Positions 26,401-38,400 of a stretch of 64,000 nucleotides of DNA are shown here, in pieces; position 1 is the stretch's first letter; each line of letters begins with the position of its first letter. The position numbers and the translations under genes were made by a program. The stretch covers positions 62,001-126,000 of the forward strand of contig JBEUKZ010000066.1 of the NCBI GenBank assembly GCA_048128005.1, read 5' to 3'. Source of the stretch: Veleropilina oligotropha. Lineage: Eukaryota. The notes beneath the pieces were generated by a model. The model did not search any database. It saw only the letters and a list, made by a program, of their open reading frames with translations, and was not told the DNA's origin.

Positions 26401-29400
26401 GGGCACAATTCGCGCACTGACTCAACAGTCGCAAGCGTCTGCCCGTCAGGTGAACACTGTCCTTGGACACTTGGAGTCAGTAGCTCGTCTACTGCCGACC
26501 GGTCAGATGGACAAACGTCTGTTGCAGCGGGAGTTTCGCGACCGCTGGCAGCAACGGACGGGACAGTGGGAGGACGCTATAGTTCTCGGGTGTTGGTTTC
26601 AGACAGCAACTCAAATTTGGTTGCGACACGAACTGCCCTTCATTACGGTTCCGATCTCCCCGCCAGAACCGAACGCGTTCCTATTTACGGACGCTTCGAA
26701 CGAAGGCTGGGGGGCGCACCTAGACAGTCACGAGGCGTCGGGTCTATGGACCCTGGAAGACCGCCGTCACCACATAAACTTTCTAGAGTTACAAGCGGTG
26801 TACCTGGCAGTCCAATCCTTCTCGCCCTACCTCTGGCAGAGAGAAATTCTCGCTGCATCGGACAATACGACTGTCGTAGCGTACATTCAGCACCAGGGCG
26901 GTACTCACTCGGCACTCCTTTCAGCCCGAGCGATCGATCTTACCCGCCTAGTGATGTCACTCGGATCGTCCCTACGAGCCCGACACATCCCGGGCAGACA
27001 GAATGTCAGAGCGGACTCGCTCTCACGGAAAACACAGGTCATACAGACAGAGTGGACACTACACCAGAATGTAGTACGGAAGGTTTGCCGCCGGTGGTCG
27101 CAACCCCTAGTCGACTTGTTTGCCACGGAGTTCAATTACCGACTCCCTCTGTATGTCTCTCCTTACCCCGATCCAGCAGCGTATGCCATAGACGCGCTGT
27201 CGATCAGCTGGGAGAACCTGATCGCATACGCCTTCCCTCCGTTCCCCTTGATCGGGAACGTTCTGAGCAAGATAGCGTGTGCCCCCTGCGAAATTATACT
27301 AATAGCACCGCTATGGCCATCGCAGTCATGGTTTCCGTACCTCCTCGATCTCCTGATAGACTCACCGGTACCGCTCCCGCAGCGGACCGACCTGCTTTAC
27401 CAGCCACGGTCACGCAAGCTCCACGAAAACCCGCTCAGCCTCGGCTTACACGCCTGGAGGCTATCGAGTGTGCCCTCACTAAGAGAGGTTTTTCTAAGAG
27501 CATTGCCCGACGTGTGTACAGATCAAGACGGCCATCCACGACCAGAGTCTATGACTACCGATGGTCACGGTACGTGGATTGGTGTTACCGACGGAAAATC
27601 GATTTTCTCCGCCCGTCTGTAACGAACATTGCCGATTACCTACAATGTCTTTTCGAACGTGGTCTTTCGGTCTCAGCGATTAAAGGTTACCGTACTACCG
27701 TCGCCACTACGCTGCATCAATGCCGTAGTTCCAGTAATTTTTCTAACGATCGCACCCTCTCATATTTAATTCATTCCTTCGAGTTAGAGAGACCTATACT
27801 ATCCAGACGCCTACCGGCCTGGAGCATCTCGCTTGTCCTTCATGCTCTCTTACGCCCGCCGTACGAACCACTGGGTAGTTCTTCCCTGAAATACCTCACC
27901 CATAAAGTGGTATTCCTGATTGCACTCGCTTCGGGCAGGAGGCGATCGGAAGTACACGCACTGGCATCGGAGCCGACAGCGATCAGATTCCAGTCGGATG
28001 GATCAGTTTTATTGCGGCCTGTACCGGGGTTCCTTGCTAAGAATCAACCCGTTAACGCTACCGCCCCCGATATAGTTATTCCCAAACTTTCCCTCGCGGG
28101 CCCTGCGGACTTGGACAGGCTCAACTGCCCGGTTCGCGCACTGAAGTTCTACCTTAGACGGACTGAAGGTTTACGCAACGGTAAGAAACGGCTGTTTATT
28201 TCCTACTTACCATCCCACACTGGTGATGTGTCCCGAGTGACCATATCCCGCTGGATTGCGCAGACCGTCAAGGATATATACAAGGCTTCTAGCGAAGAGA
28301 CGCGAACGCTGACCACTGTGAGAGCCCACGAAGTCCGGGCTATTGCCGCCTCGCTGAACTTTCAGCACTCAGTCAACATGGCACAGCTCATGTCAGCTGC
28401 TTACTGGCGAAGCCCCGATGTCTTCATAAAGCATTACCTTCGCGAGTTCTCTACAGGTATGGATGACATCCATACCCTGCAGTGTGTGGCAGCCCAGAGG
28501 GCTATTGTTATCGGTCACTAGATCGAGACCGTACGGGTAACGTATTGCTATATAGTCATTATCTAATACGTTGTGTTGTTAGTACCTGTTAATTTTACAG
28601 TGATTTATCACATGTACATTAAAGGAGGGAATATGCACTGTTACCTGTTCATATTTTAATATCTAATGTTACCGAATGCTTACTTATTACGGTCACAATT
28701 TATTCTTAGGGCTGTTCCAGAAAAATCAACAGGGGGGGGGGGCGGTAGGCAACTTTATTTTATTTCTGTTGGTGGAGGGGGGGTATCAGCCTGTATGGTA
28801 AGTTTCAAAGAGCATATATATAAATTAATTCTGTTGATGGGGGGGTTCTTGAAAAGTTGCCTACCGCCCCCCCCATGTAGATTTTTCTGGAACAGCCCTT
28901 ATGCTAAAGCTTAATAATTCTCATTATTTAGTACGTGGGTACACGTTGCCAATCAATAATTGGTCTTTTGATTGTTGATATATACATGCTTATTATATAG
29001 AATTGTATATAGTTATTATTTGTCTGTCTGCGCCTTGACGCCTATGGCATCGCGGCTTCTTCGGACTCGACCGGTTTACGTTTACGCCGTCACACTTTGT
29101 GGTACGACGAGACTTGAACCATAGCGCACCTTAGCACATAGATCTAGGTTTAACTACTATGTCGTGCTGGGAGCTGCTTTGCGTTTTCTACCATCCTTGC
29201 CCGCTAACTCTTTCACGGTTATGTCCAGTTATATGGTTAAAAAATTTCTAAACTGTAAGAGGTAGGAGTCATTTGACTCGTTCATGACTCTCAGCAGGCT
29301 TTGGGCTTCCGACGTTTTCGCCGGATCCAGGGATGATATGTAAGTATGACACTATCTTGGGTATAGGTTATTGGGTTCTCTACGTTCCCACCACCAAGTT

Positions 29401-32400
29401 TATTCGTGTTGGCAAGGGTACCATCGTAAGTCATATGTAATATATACCAAGAATTCTTTAATTCTAGTATTTATTAATATACTTACGATGGTACCCACTT
29501 TTTCCCTCCCGACATTTCCATGTACTCCAGCCCCTCTCTCTGAACCCTGGTATAACCTTGTGTGCGGTTTAAGAAAATTTTTGAGTGATTCTTCCTCAGT
29601 TTCCCGCGCTTTTGGCCCCGCCCTTTCCGGAAGGTGCCGAGCGGTCACGGTGTTTACCGAAGTGGTGGGGATCATAGAGGGGGCTATTTACGGAGTGGAG
29701 GTCGGTTGGAGGGATTGAAATCTTACTGAAAATGCATAAAATTACTCATTTTCTATCGTTTCCGTATTAGCGCAAATAGAGATATTTGGCAAGGGTACCA
29801 TCGTAAGTATATTAATAAATACTAGAATTAAAGAATTCTTGGTGTTCATATTAAAGAGACTATTGCCCGTAAATGCGCTCTTTTTTCTTTGAAAATAAAA
29901 CTAACCGCATTACACTTTTTGTTTATAACATAAAAAGTTAGGAATTTTCAACGCCCAACTTTCGTCCGTTATTTGCTACCGTTTAAATTAATCGCTACTG
30001 AAGATTTAAAAATAATTAAAAGCCGCCCGCTTTTAATTATCTCGCACCAAGTGACATTTCCAATTGACTTATCTTTGAGCCATGTTGTGTAGGTTTCTAC
30101 TCATCAAGTAAGATAGCTTTCTAGTAGACAATAATATATATTGCCCAGTTACATTAATAATTTCAATAAAAGTCTATCATTTGATCATATATCGATCATA
30201 TCTTCGCGAAATTTGTATCAATCTGCGTGAACCGTGTGATAGTGGGTGATTAGTCATGTTACACAGTCACGAAAAGAGTGAATTTATGAGCAATAGTCTC
30301 TTTAAGATATCTGTTTTTTTGCTTTTTAGCAACCTGTATCAGACATTGATGGAAAATCTTCAAAATATGCAACCCACTGTGATGATGGAAAATCCCAGAA
30401 TGCAATGCAGAAACAAGGCCATTGTTGGACTTCTGGAGGCGGTTGTTAATTTAGCTGCTTCCAACCAGAATCTGAAAGCCAACTTCAGACAGAGGTAATC
30501 ACTGTAAATTGTTATGCAGTACTGCAGAGGAATAATCTTATATTTGTCTGAGGACTGGACACGTGATGAGTAGTTTGTTCTTTGCTCTTTAATATCTGTC
30601 CTTGAAAGAGACATATTAAGTCCAAGTTAATTATCTGCACAGCGACGAACATTTTCTTGTCATTTAAGCTTAACACAAGGTTCTGGAAGGGTCGCATTAC
30701 TTTGTCACTGGTTCAAAATTTTGTCATTGTTTTTGAAGAGCCAGGAAATCTTGTGGAGTATTTTATTCAACCATTAATCATATCGTTAAACATCAATTCA
30801 TTCATCGTAATTTGATATCATACTGCAAAAGTGTATATTATATTTTTAGCATTAAATGCATTTTTCTGGAAGTAGACAATTAATTTTCTATTATTTCTTT
30901 CAGAGATGATGAAACTAAAATGGATACAGCAGAAATAGCACCTCCATTGGTCAATTGGAGTCATGTGACTGGATTATTACAACCAATCACAATTTGCATG
31001 AAAAATTCATTGCAAGAGATTAGAGAGAAATATCAACAAAAGGTGAGCCATTCTTGCAGAATCTTTCCACGTATATTGCTATAATCATTGTTGGCGAGAA
31101 CTGTGCTTTCTTTATAATTATAATAAAATGTCATTGCATGCAGCAAATGATGTAATTTTGCAAATTTAAAATATCAGTATTTTCTCAACATACATTTTAA
31201 AAATGGGAAATTTGGTTTCTTGGAGTAATTTAATATTTTGTCAGTGTGTTGATGTTTTCTGAATAAACTTCCCTTATATGATGCTGCATGCAATGTTGAA
31301 CAGTGGATATATGCCGGTTACTCATTATTGAGCCTATAATTGCATAAGGTAGCATCTATCGAAAACAGCCTGTTTACATGTTCATGACCACATTACAGCA
31401 GATTGAGTTTATTAGCAGACAGCACTACCAGGTTATGACAATGATTTAAAATTGAGTTTATTGTCATATTTAACATGGATAGTCAATGTTCTTATTAAAA
31501 TGAAGTTTTAATCATTGTCTGACATGGCTCTGGGTATTGGTAATATTTAAATGTTGCTTTTATTTGCATTAGACGACAGCCTCGATATAACGTGGTAGTT
31601 GGGGTCCAAAATATCGGGACCACGTTAATTGTATCTGACCGTGTTATTGGAAAGTTGTATAATTACATAGACGGTACGATGCAGCGCAATAAATTAATAG
31701 TACCATCGGAGTTCATTGGTATGCATTGTTTAGTAAATACTATACAAATGTATGTTTATAAAAATGTATCTGATCTGTTTTTTTAAAATATCTCATAAAT
31801 CTACGTGCTTGTAGGCCCATTTATTTTCCATTCTGTAAATTTCCAGATAAACGACACAAGACTAATTAGCGCTTTGCTGATGTAACACATCGCTGCTAAT
31901 TTTCAAACGGCTATTAAGGGTCTTGTTAATTGTTCCACTTTGATTAATGCCTGGTGATTTCATTCATTGTGATTTGTCGCATTAATAACTCAATTGTTTC
32001 AATTCCTAGTATAATTGTATCCCCAAAATATATTTCCTGTGTGCGCTCTACAATGAAAAGTTATTATCCGATTTGGTATGTGCGTTCGTTATGATGAGTG
32101 CACGCCGCCGCCAGATTTTCGTCGTTTTCGGATACAAGGTGGCCGCCATGGTGGCCATTTTGTTTGACGAGATTTCTTGTGCGTGCTCTACAATGAAAAG
32201 TTATTATCCGATTTGATTTATATTTGGTATGAGGACATGCCGCCTAAATATTTTCGTCGTTTTCGGATCCAAGATGGCCGCCTTGGCGGCCATTTTGGTT
32301 GATTAGATTTCTTGTGCGCACGCACTGCTGTACAGTGAAAAGTTATTATCCGATTTGATTCAAATTTGGTATGCATATTAGTTATGTTGAGGACACGCCA

Positions 32401-35400
32401 CGTAACGATTTTCGTCATTTTTGGATCCAAGCGGCCATTTTATTTGAAGAGATTTCTTGTGCGTGATCTACAGTGAAAAGTTACATTCCGATTTGATCTT
32501 GCGATCGCCCAGTCTGTCTGTCCATCCGTCTGTATGTAATCGATATCATTTCCGGAGCATATCTCGTACATTGTTCGACATAACTTTATGAAACTTGCTG
32601 GGTGTATTACGTAGTAGGTGTACTAATGCCTTTTACCAGTTCCGCACCGTCCATCTGTCTGTATGTAATCGATATCATTTCCGGAGCATATCTCGTACAT
32701 TGTTCAACATAACTTTACGAAACTTGCTGGGTGTATTACGTAGTAGGTGAACTGGTGCCTTTTGCCAATCTCGACGTTGTGCGACGATTATTAACAGAGT
32801 TATTGCCCTTGCTGTAAATTCGTGAATGTTATCTTTTCTGGGGCGTATCTCGTACACCGCTCAACATAACTTTACAAAACATGCTGGGTGTATTACATAG
32901 TAGGTGTAATAATGCTTTTTGCCAGTTTCAACGTTGTGCGGTGATTATTAACCGAGTTAATGCCCTTGCTGTAAATTTGTTAATGTTATTTTTTCCTGAG
33001 CGTATCTCGTACACCGCTCGACAATACTTTATGAAACTTGCTGGGTGTATTAGGCTAGATCGCCCAGTCTGTCTGTCTGTCTGTCTGTCCGTCTGTCTGT
33101 ATGTGATCAATATCGTTTCTGGAGTAGGTGAACTGGTGCATTTTGCCAGTCTCGACATTGTGCAGAAATTATTAACAGAGTTATTGCCCTTGCTGCATTT
33201 TCGTTAATGTTATATGTTATCCGCATGTGGCATCCCGTGCGGGAAATTCGTTAACGTCGCAACGGGGGGATACGTCATCTTCTGATGGCTCTTGTAATAT
33301 AGGCCAATATAGATGGCGCTATTGCAGCCAAACTTTAATTTGAGCACTGGCTATGTTAACTTGGGCACTGCCCATGTTAACTTTGACCGTGCCCAACTTT
33401 CCACGGACGGTATATTATAAACTTCGGCAAGAAGCCTCGTTTTCTTGTTTAAATACAAACGTTGTTTGTAACTCGCATATTTTTGCGCACAAGCTGTTTA
33501 AAATGTTCTGCTATTTAACTAATGGAGATGTGCTGCATATTGGGCAAATAGGTAATTCGAAAACAAGACTGGGCAGTACCGAACGTGGGCATAGTGAAAG
33601 TTTGGATTCAACGCACTACAGGCATGTGACCTATGACACCGCACCTGTCTAGCTTGTTACACACTAAAATAACGAATAAAATTTAAGCAGGCATGTACAA
33701 ATTCAAATACCGAGAGCGAATTTTCCATTTTATACGAAAAATGTAATATAAAAAAATAAAAAAAACGGCACTACTTTTATTAAATTTTCATACATCACAG
33801 GGAAGTTACAAAATGGTGGATGCACTAACTTTGTTTGATGGTGCTACATTCGCATCTATTAATTATTGCTGTCGAGAGTTGAATAAAGAACACAAAAGGT
33901 ATTTAAGATTAATTGGGACTCTTTATTTCATTCAATGGGTGGGGATTTACTGAAATGTCGAAGTTGTTAATGAAATAAAACAAACAACAATTCATCCACT
34001 GAGTCTGTTCAAATACCGTGAAGGAATTACTTCAGGCCGCACTTGAATTAGTTAATTGGATTGCGAGATTGACATTTATTACTTCTTTAAAATTTCATTT
34101 AATGTACATTTGCATCGATGTTCGATACCATTTCTATTGTTTTGTCGTCTCCAAAACTAATTCTGAAAATGTACACTATAGCCTAATCGAATTATCGCGA
34201 TTCAAGTTCAGCTTAGGATAATTTTTAAAAAGACAAAGTATTTTGAGAGCCATGGTTAGCCCCGCGTTATAACCGATTCCGTGCTATGCCGAGGCTGTCA
34301 TGTACGTTTAATTATTTAGAAACAGAGCATAAATGCATTTGGTGAACACTTGTAGATAGATAGATTTGTTTAACGACCACTTTTTTGACAATTTTTCAGC
34401 CTTATCACGGTCGGGACACCCGGTTTAAGGTCTCGCTCCGATCTGACCGACATACATTAGGGATATGCCATCTATTAGTTTTAAGCCTTAGAATAAGCCA
34501 GGCCGGCGCAGGCTTGAACCCACATCCTACCGTCCCACATAACGTTTTTTCCGACGCCCTAACCAGTTGGGCCACCGAGGACACTTTTATCCAGCCAACT
34601 GAACGTAGTTAATTGTAGCATATTTAATATTAACGTTATAAATTCCATTGAATTTTTTTCAGAAAATGGACTTGTGTTTTGCCACCAGTTGCTTAAACTT
34701 TGTTGCTTCCTTCTTCTACAAATTGCATAAACAGGTATTTTAAGTATTTTGAATAGTTTGATGTCTTTATAATTGTAATATTTTTGTATCATTTTCTATT
34801 AATAATACATTTGGATGGATGTTAAGCGTCACATCTGGAGGTGTTGCTCACGTAAATATATGCTCGAGCGAGATTTAGTATCATGGTAATAGTGTGCTAT
34901 TAGGGAGAGATATTTAATTTTTCTAAATCTGAAATAATATGGTTGATTCTTTGATTCATGGCAGAATGAATATTAAAATGTGGCAACTAAATTTAGCATA
35001 TTTTGCACACGTACGTTGATCGCTGTGATGTCAGTATATTGTCTTGTAGCGATAACATTATCATCCAATTATAGGGTTATTGATATATGCTTTGTGTGCA
35101 TCGATTAATTCTGTATCAACATATTTCCCCAGGCTGATGTCAATGCTATGGAGTCATTACAACAAGCCGAGGACATCATTACTGATGTCATTCTACCACT
35201 GTGGAAAGGATTCGGATTTCAAGTCATAATCCGAAGTCTAAGGTAAACCAATCTTTAGCATGTATATGATAGTTCTCAGTTGTCATTGCATATTATTTCA
35301 GCTTAGATCAAACCGTTTGCATCATACTGACAGTCGAAATACTATGGCTAATTTAGGCTATTTATATTTGGTGGTACATTTTTGTATTTGCAAATTTTGC

Positions 35401-38400
35401 CGAAGCTGACAATACTTAACTCGCAATAACTCTGTCAATAGTTACTAAAGCGATATACCTGAAAGTTTCAAGAAAGATAGATTATGGTAACCTAAGGCTT
35501 GCTTAATGGTGTAAATTATATCACGGCGTTAGCAGTATTTAAAGAGCTATCACAAATATCGTAATGTCTCGACGATTTTGACTTCGGGACTAAAATTATA
35601 ATTGCTACAAATTCGCTCAAACACATAAAGTATATCGAAAAGAGTTGTAGATAATGTCCCACTCTGTCACTTGGTAAAATTTGAGGTCTCTGGTTTCAGT
35701 GGTTACATATTTATGGCATTTATTTGCAATTTGCATTGGTTGATTTCTAAAATGCTTATAAAGTTTACATTTCACATTATTTTCTAAATATTTTTGCTGA
35801 TATCAATATAATTTCATCATGACTATGATTTGCATAACGAATTTACATAATTTAATTCGATTTGGCAAAATTACAAATTGACCCCCTATTTTAAATTTTA
35901 AATCTCCCTGGCGGTCATCTTGTGTGAGATAGATTCTATATAATTCATGTTGTCATTGGACCCTGATCTAAAGAACATTTTGAGCCTATTTTGATGTTTG
36001 TACGATGAAGCGTTTTAACTCTACAGCCGAAAACATGTAAATCGGATATTGCGTCATAAAATCCGAACTCCGGTCACAATCCTGACCATCTTCGAGGAGT
36101 ACCGAGCCAGGGAGAAACCCCACCTTGTGTAAAAATTTAAAGTAAATCGGATCAATAGTTTCAATACTGTTTATATGTAACATTATTTAAGTCGGTATTA
36201 GTGGTTCTGATATTTAATAAAATTAGATTAATATTTGTCATGCCATTATCTGGTATTGAGTCATTGATTGTTAAACTGCTTTATAGATATTTTTCTGAGT
36301 AGTGTCTTTCTTGTAATGTTGCAGTAACCTACTCTCTTGAGCCTTTGGTTTAATTCTCCGGGTTTTATCTAAAATGCATGACCATTTAATTGCAGTACAT
36401 ATTCCAACGTAATCTCCCAAACCGACTCTTCAAGAAGAGAGGTGTCACCGAGTTTACCCGAATTGGGGTGCTGCGCCGTGGATTTGAAGCAACTACCTGT
36501 TCTCTCCCAAAACACGCCTTATGGGTTTGTCACTGCAGTGTTGCGCCTGATACATTCTCTGTGTGTGGTGCATAAAGGGGTTATCGACAAGGCAAGACAA
36601 ACAATTTGAAAGTGATCTTTATTTGTTTACAAGTAACGTTTGATACCCATTTGTTTAAATGTGTCATTTATGAATCAGTGAATGATTGAATGATACAGAG
36701 ACCTATTGAAAACCAGTGCACATGTTATATTAAATGAAATTAAAGTTGGGTCCGTAAGTCATCTTATTATACCTGTTCAGATTACGCAGAAGCGCACAAA
36801 TGTTTTCCGGAAATCCAATAATATTATGACTTTACATTTTACTTTGCAACTACAGTACTTGTCATTCAAAACATCCCCCAGTCGATTTCACATTTTTTAT
36901 GATTTAGTGCCAGGTCTATCAAGTGCATTACAAAAGTTGTTATTAAATTTCATTCAAGTTGTAGAAGTTCAAAATATTATCTATTTCATCCATTTTACTT
37001 CCTACTGGCAGCCATCTTGTTTCATGTAGATCCTAGATTTTTCATCATGTCATTGTCCTGTTAGCAAAGAAACATTAGAGCCTAAATTGATTGTATGATA
37101 TAGAGTTTTAATACTAAAGCTGAAAATCCGCAAACCTGAAATTGCGTCATAAATCTGGATCTTGTTTTCGATCCACATCATGATTTTGAGTTAATCAGAA
37201 CAATATTATTGGAGTTATGCGAATGGACATATGTTCATACACACAGTGCCAATTGCAAAGCCCTCTCTCCTCAAGGATAATCATAATATCATCTGGAACT
37301 TTCTGTCAATTGATGTTGTAACGTATATTTTTGTGCTTTTAATAGTTACGATTTTGGGATAATTTTTAGTATTAAAATTTTCACTGCGAGTTCTACCTTT
37401 GTTCGTCATTCTGTCCAAACATGTTAATAAGATATTTTACACTTTTTTATGATATTACCTATTAACTTGATCTTATGATTCAGGTTATTGAGCGCGTGAT
37501 TGAGGATCCTGACATTCTGTCGTATTTAAAGAAGGTTATTCAGTACCGGAAGTCAGGATGGTTGCTCACAAATTACTTCACCAAGTTTGAAAACCAACTT
37601 GTGTTCTACTTGATTAAACTTGTTTCCTTGAAGGTGAGAAATTCCCTAATCATTTTATCATATACACGTACTTATTAAAATGAAGCTTATGTTTATATAA
37701 GGATGGGGATGCCCAGTGCTGTAATAGATATGAGGGTGGTTCTAAATTTACTCGCCCGAGTACCATGAATCGGTTCACCTTATTGACCGGGCTCTTTGTT
37801 CAATTAACAGTAACAGTGGTCGATAACTGACCAATGAGGTCAATTTTCCACGACAACCATGCTTTCATCCCACAGTAATATTGAGATGTCATGATATGGT
37901 GTGAAATAGACATCAAAACTCATTCCAAATCGAATAATAGGGATTAAAATTTAAAATTATGCTGCTATAGCTTAATTTATTGATGACGGACCTCTGGGTG
38001 CAGTGGTTCTGATTTGATTCCCAGTCTCGACGATTTCACTTGGGCAACGAATAGGTATATTTGCCGTGATTCATACAGTCGATCAGATTGGGTACTTGAT
38101 TGGCAGACTGAGTATGTTATTCGTAGCGTTATCCCCATATATCGCCTGCTGTCCAAGGTGTAATTGTGTAGTCATCAGCATTTTCTCGGAATAATGATCA
38201 AAATTGTACACCAAGACATTTACCTTAATCAAGATCGTACTAAGATAGCTTTATAGGCAATGCACATGTTTATACCTGCACTGTTAATAGCATATTGTGT
38301 GTTGTTCACCTTGATTTAACCATTGCTACCTTGTAAATGGTAGTATGAAATACTAAAGAAAGGATACTAGTCACCTGCTAGATCAAGACAGTATAGACCT

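Larger units (their letters stand above)
22373..29843 (+). mobile_element. Full-length DIRS1-type tyrosine-recombinase retrotransposon (~7.5 kb) in RPAP1 intron 17
   Basis: ITRs ~22388-22620 and ~29576-29808; ICR 29409-29497 complementary to both outer ends; gag, RT-RH-MT and YR ORFs; no TSD; GC-rich body. Confidence 0.97.

Noticed and set aside
23363..27135. Antisense ORFs of up to 224 aa
   Set aside because: Shadow ORFs of GC-rich DIRS coding sequence; no recognisable motifs
29371..29718. ORFs over the DIRS ICR/ITR
   Set aside because: Overlap structural repeats; no protein features
22373..29843. Prophage or bacterial contamination (integrase + methylase + RT)
   Set aside because: The ITR/ICR structure and ORF layout are diagnostic of a eukaryotic DIRS1 element, embedded between phase-compatible host exons
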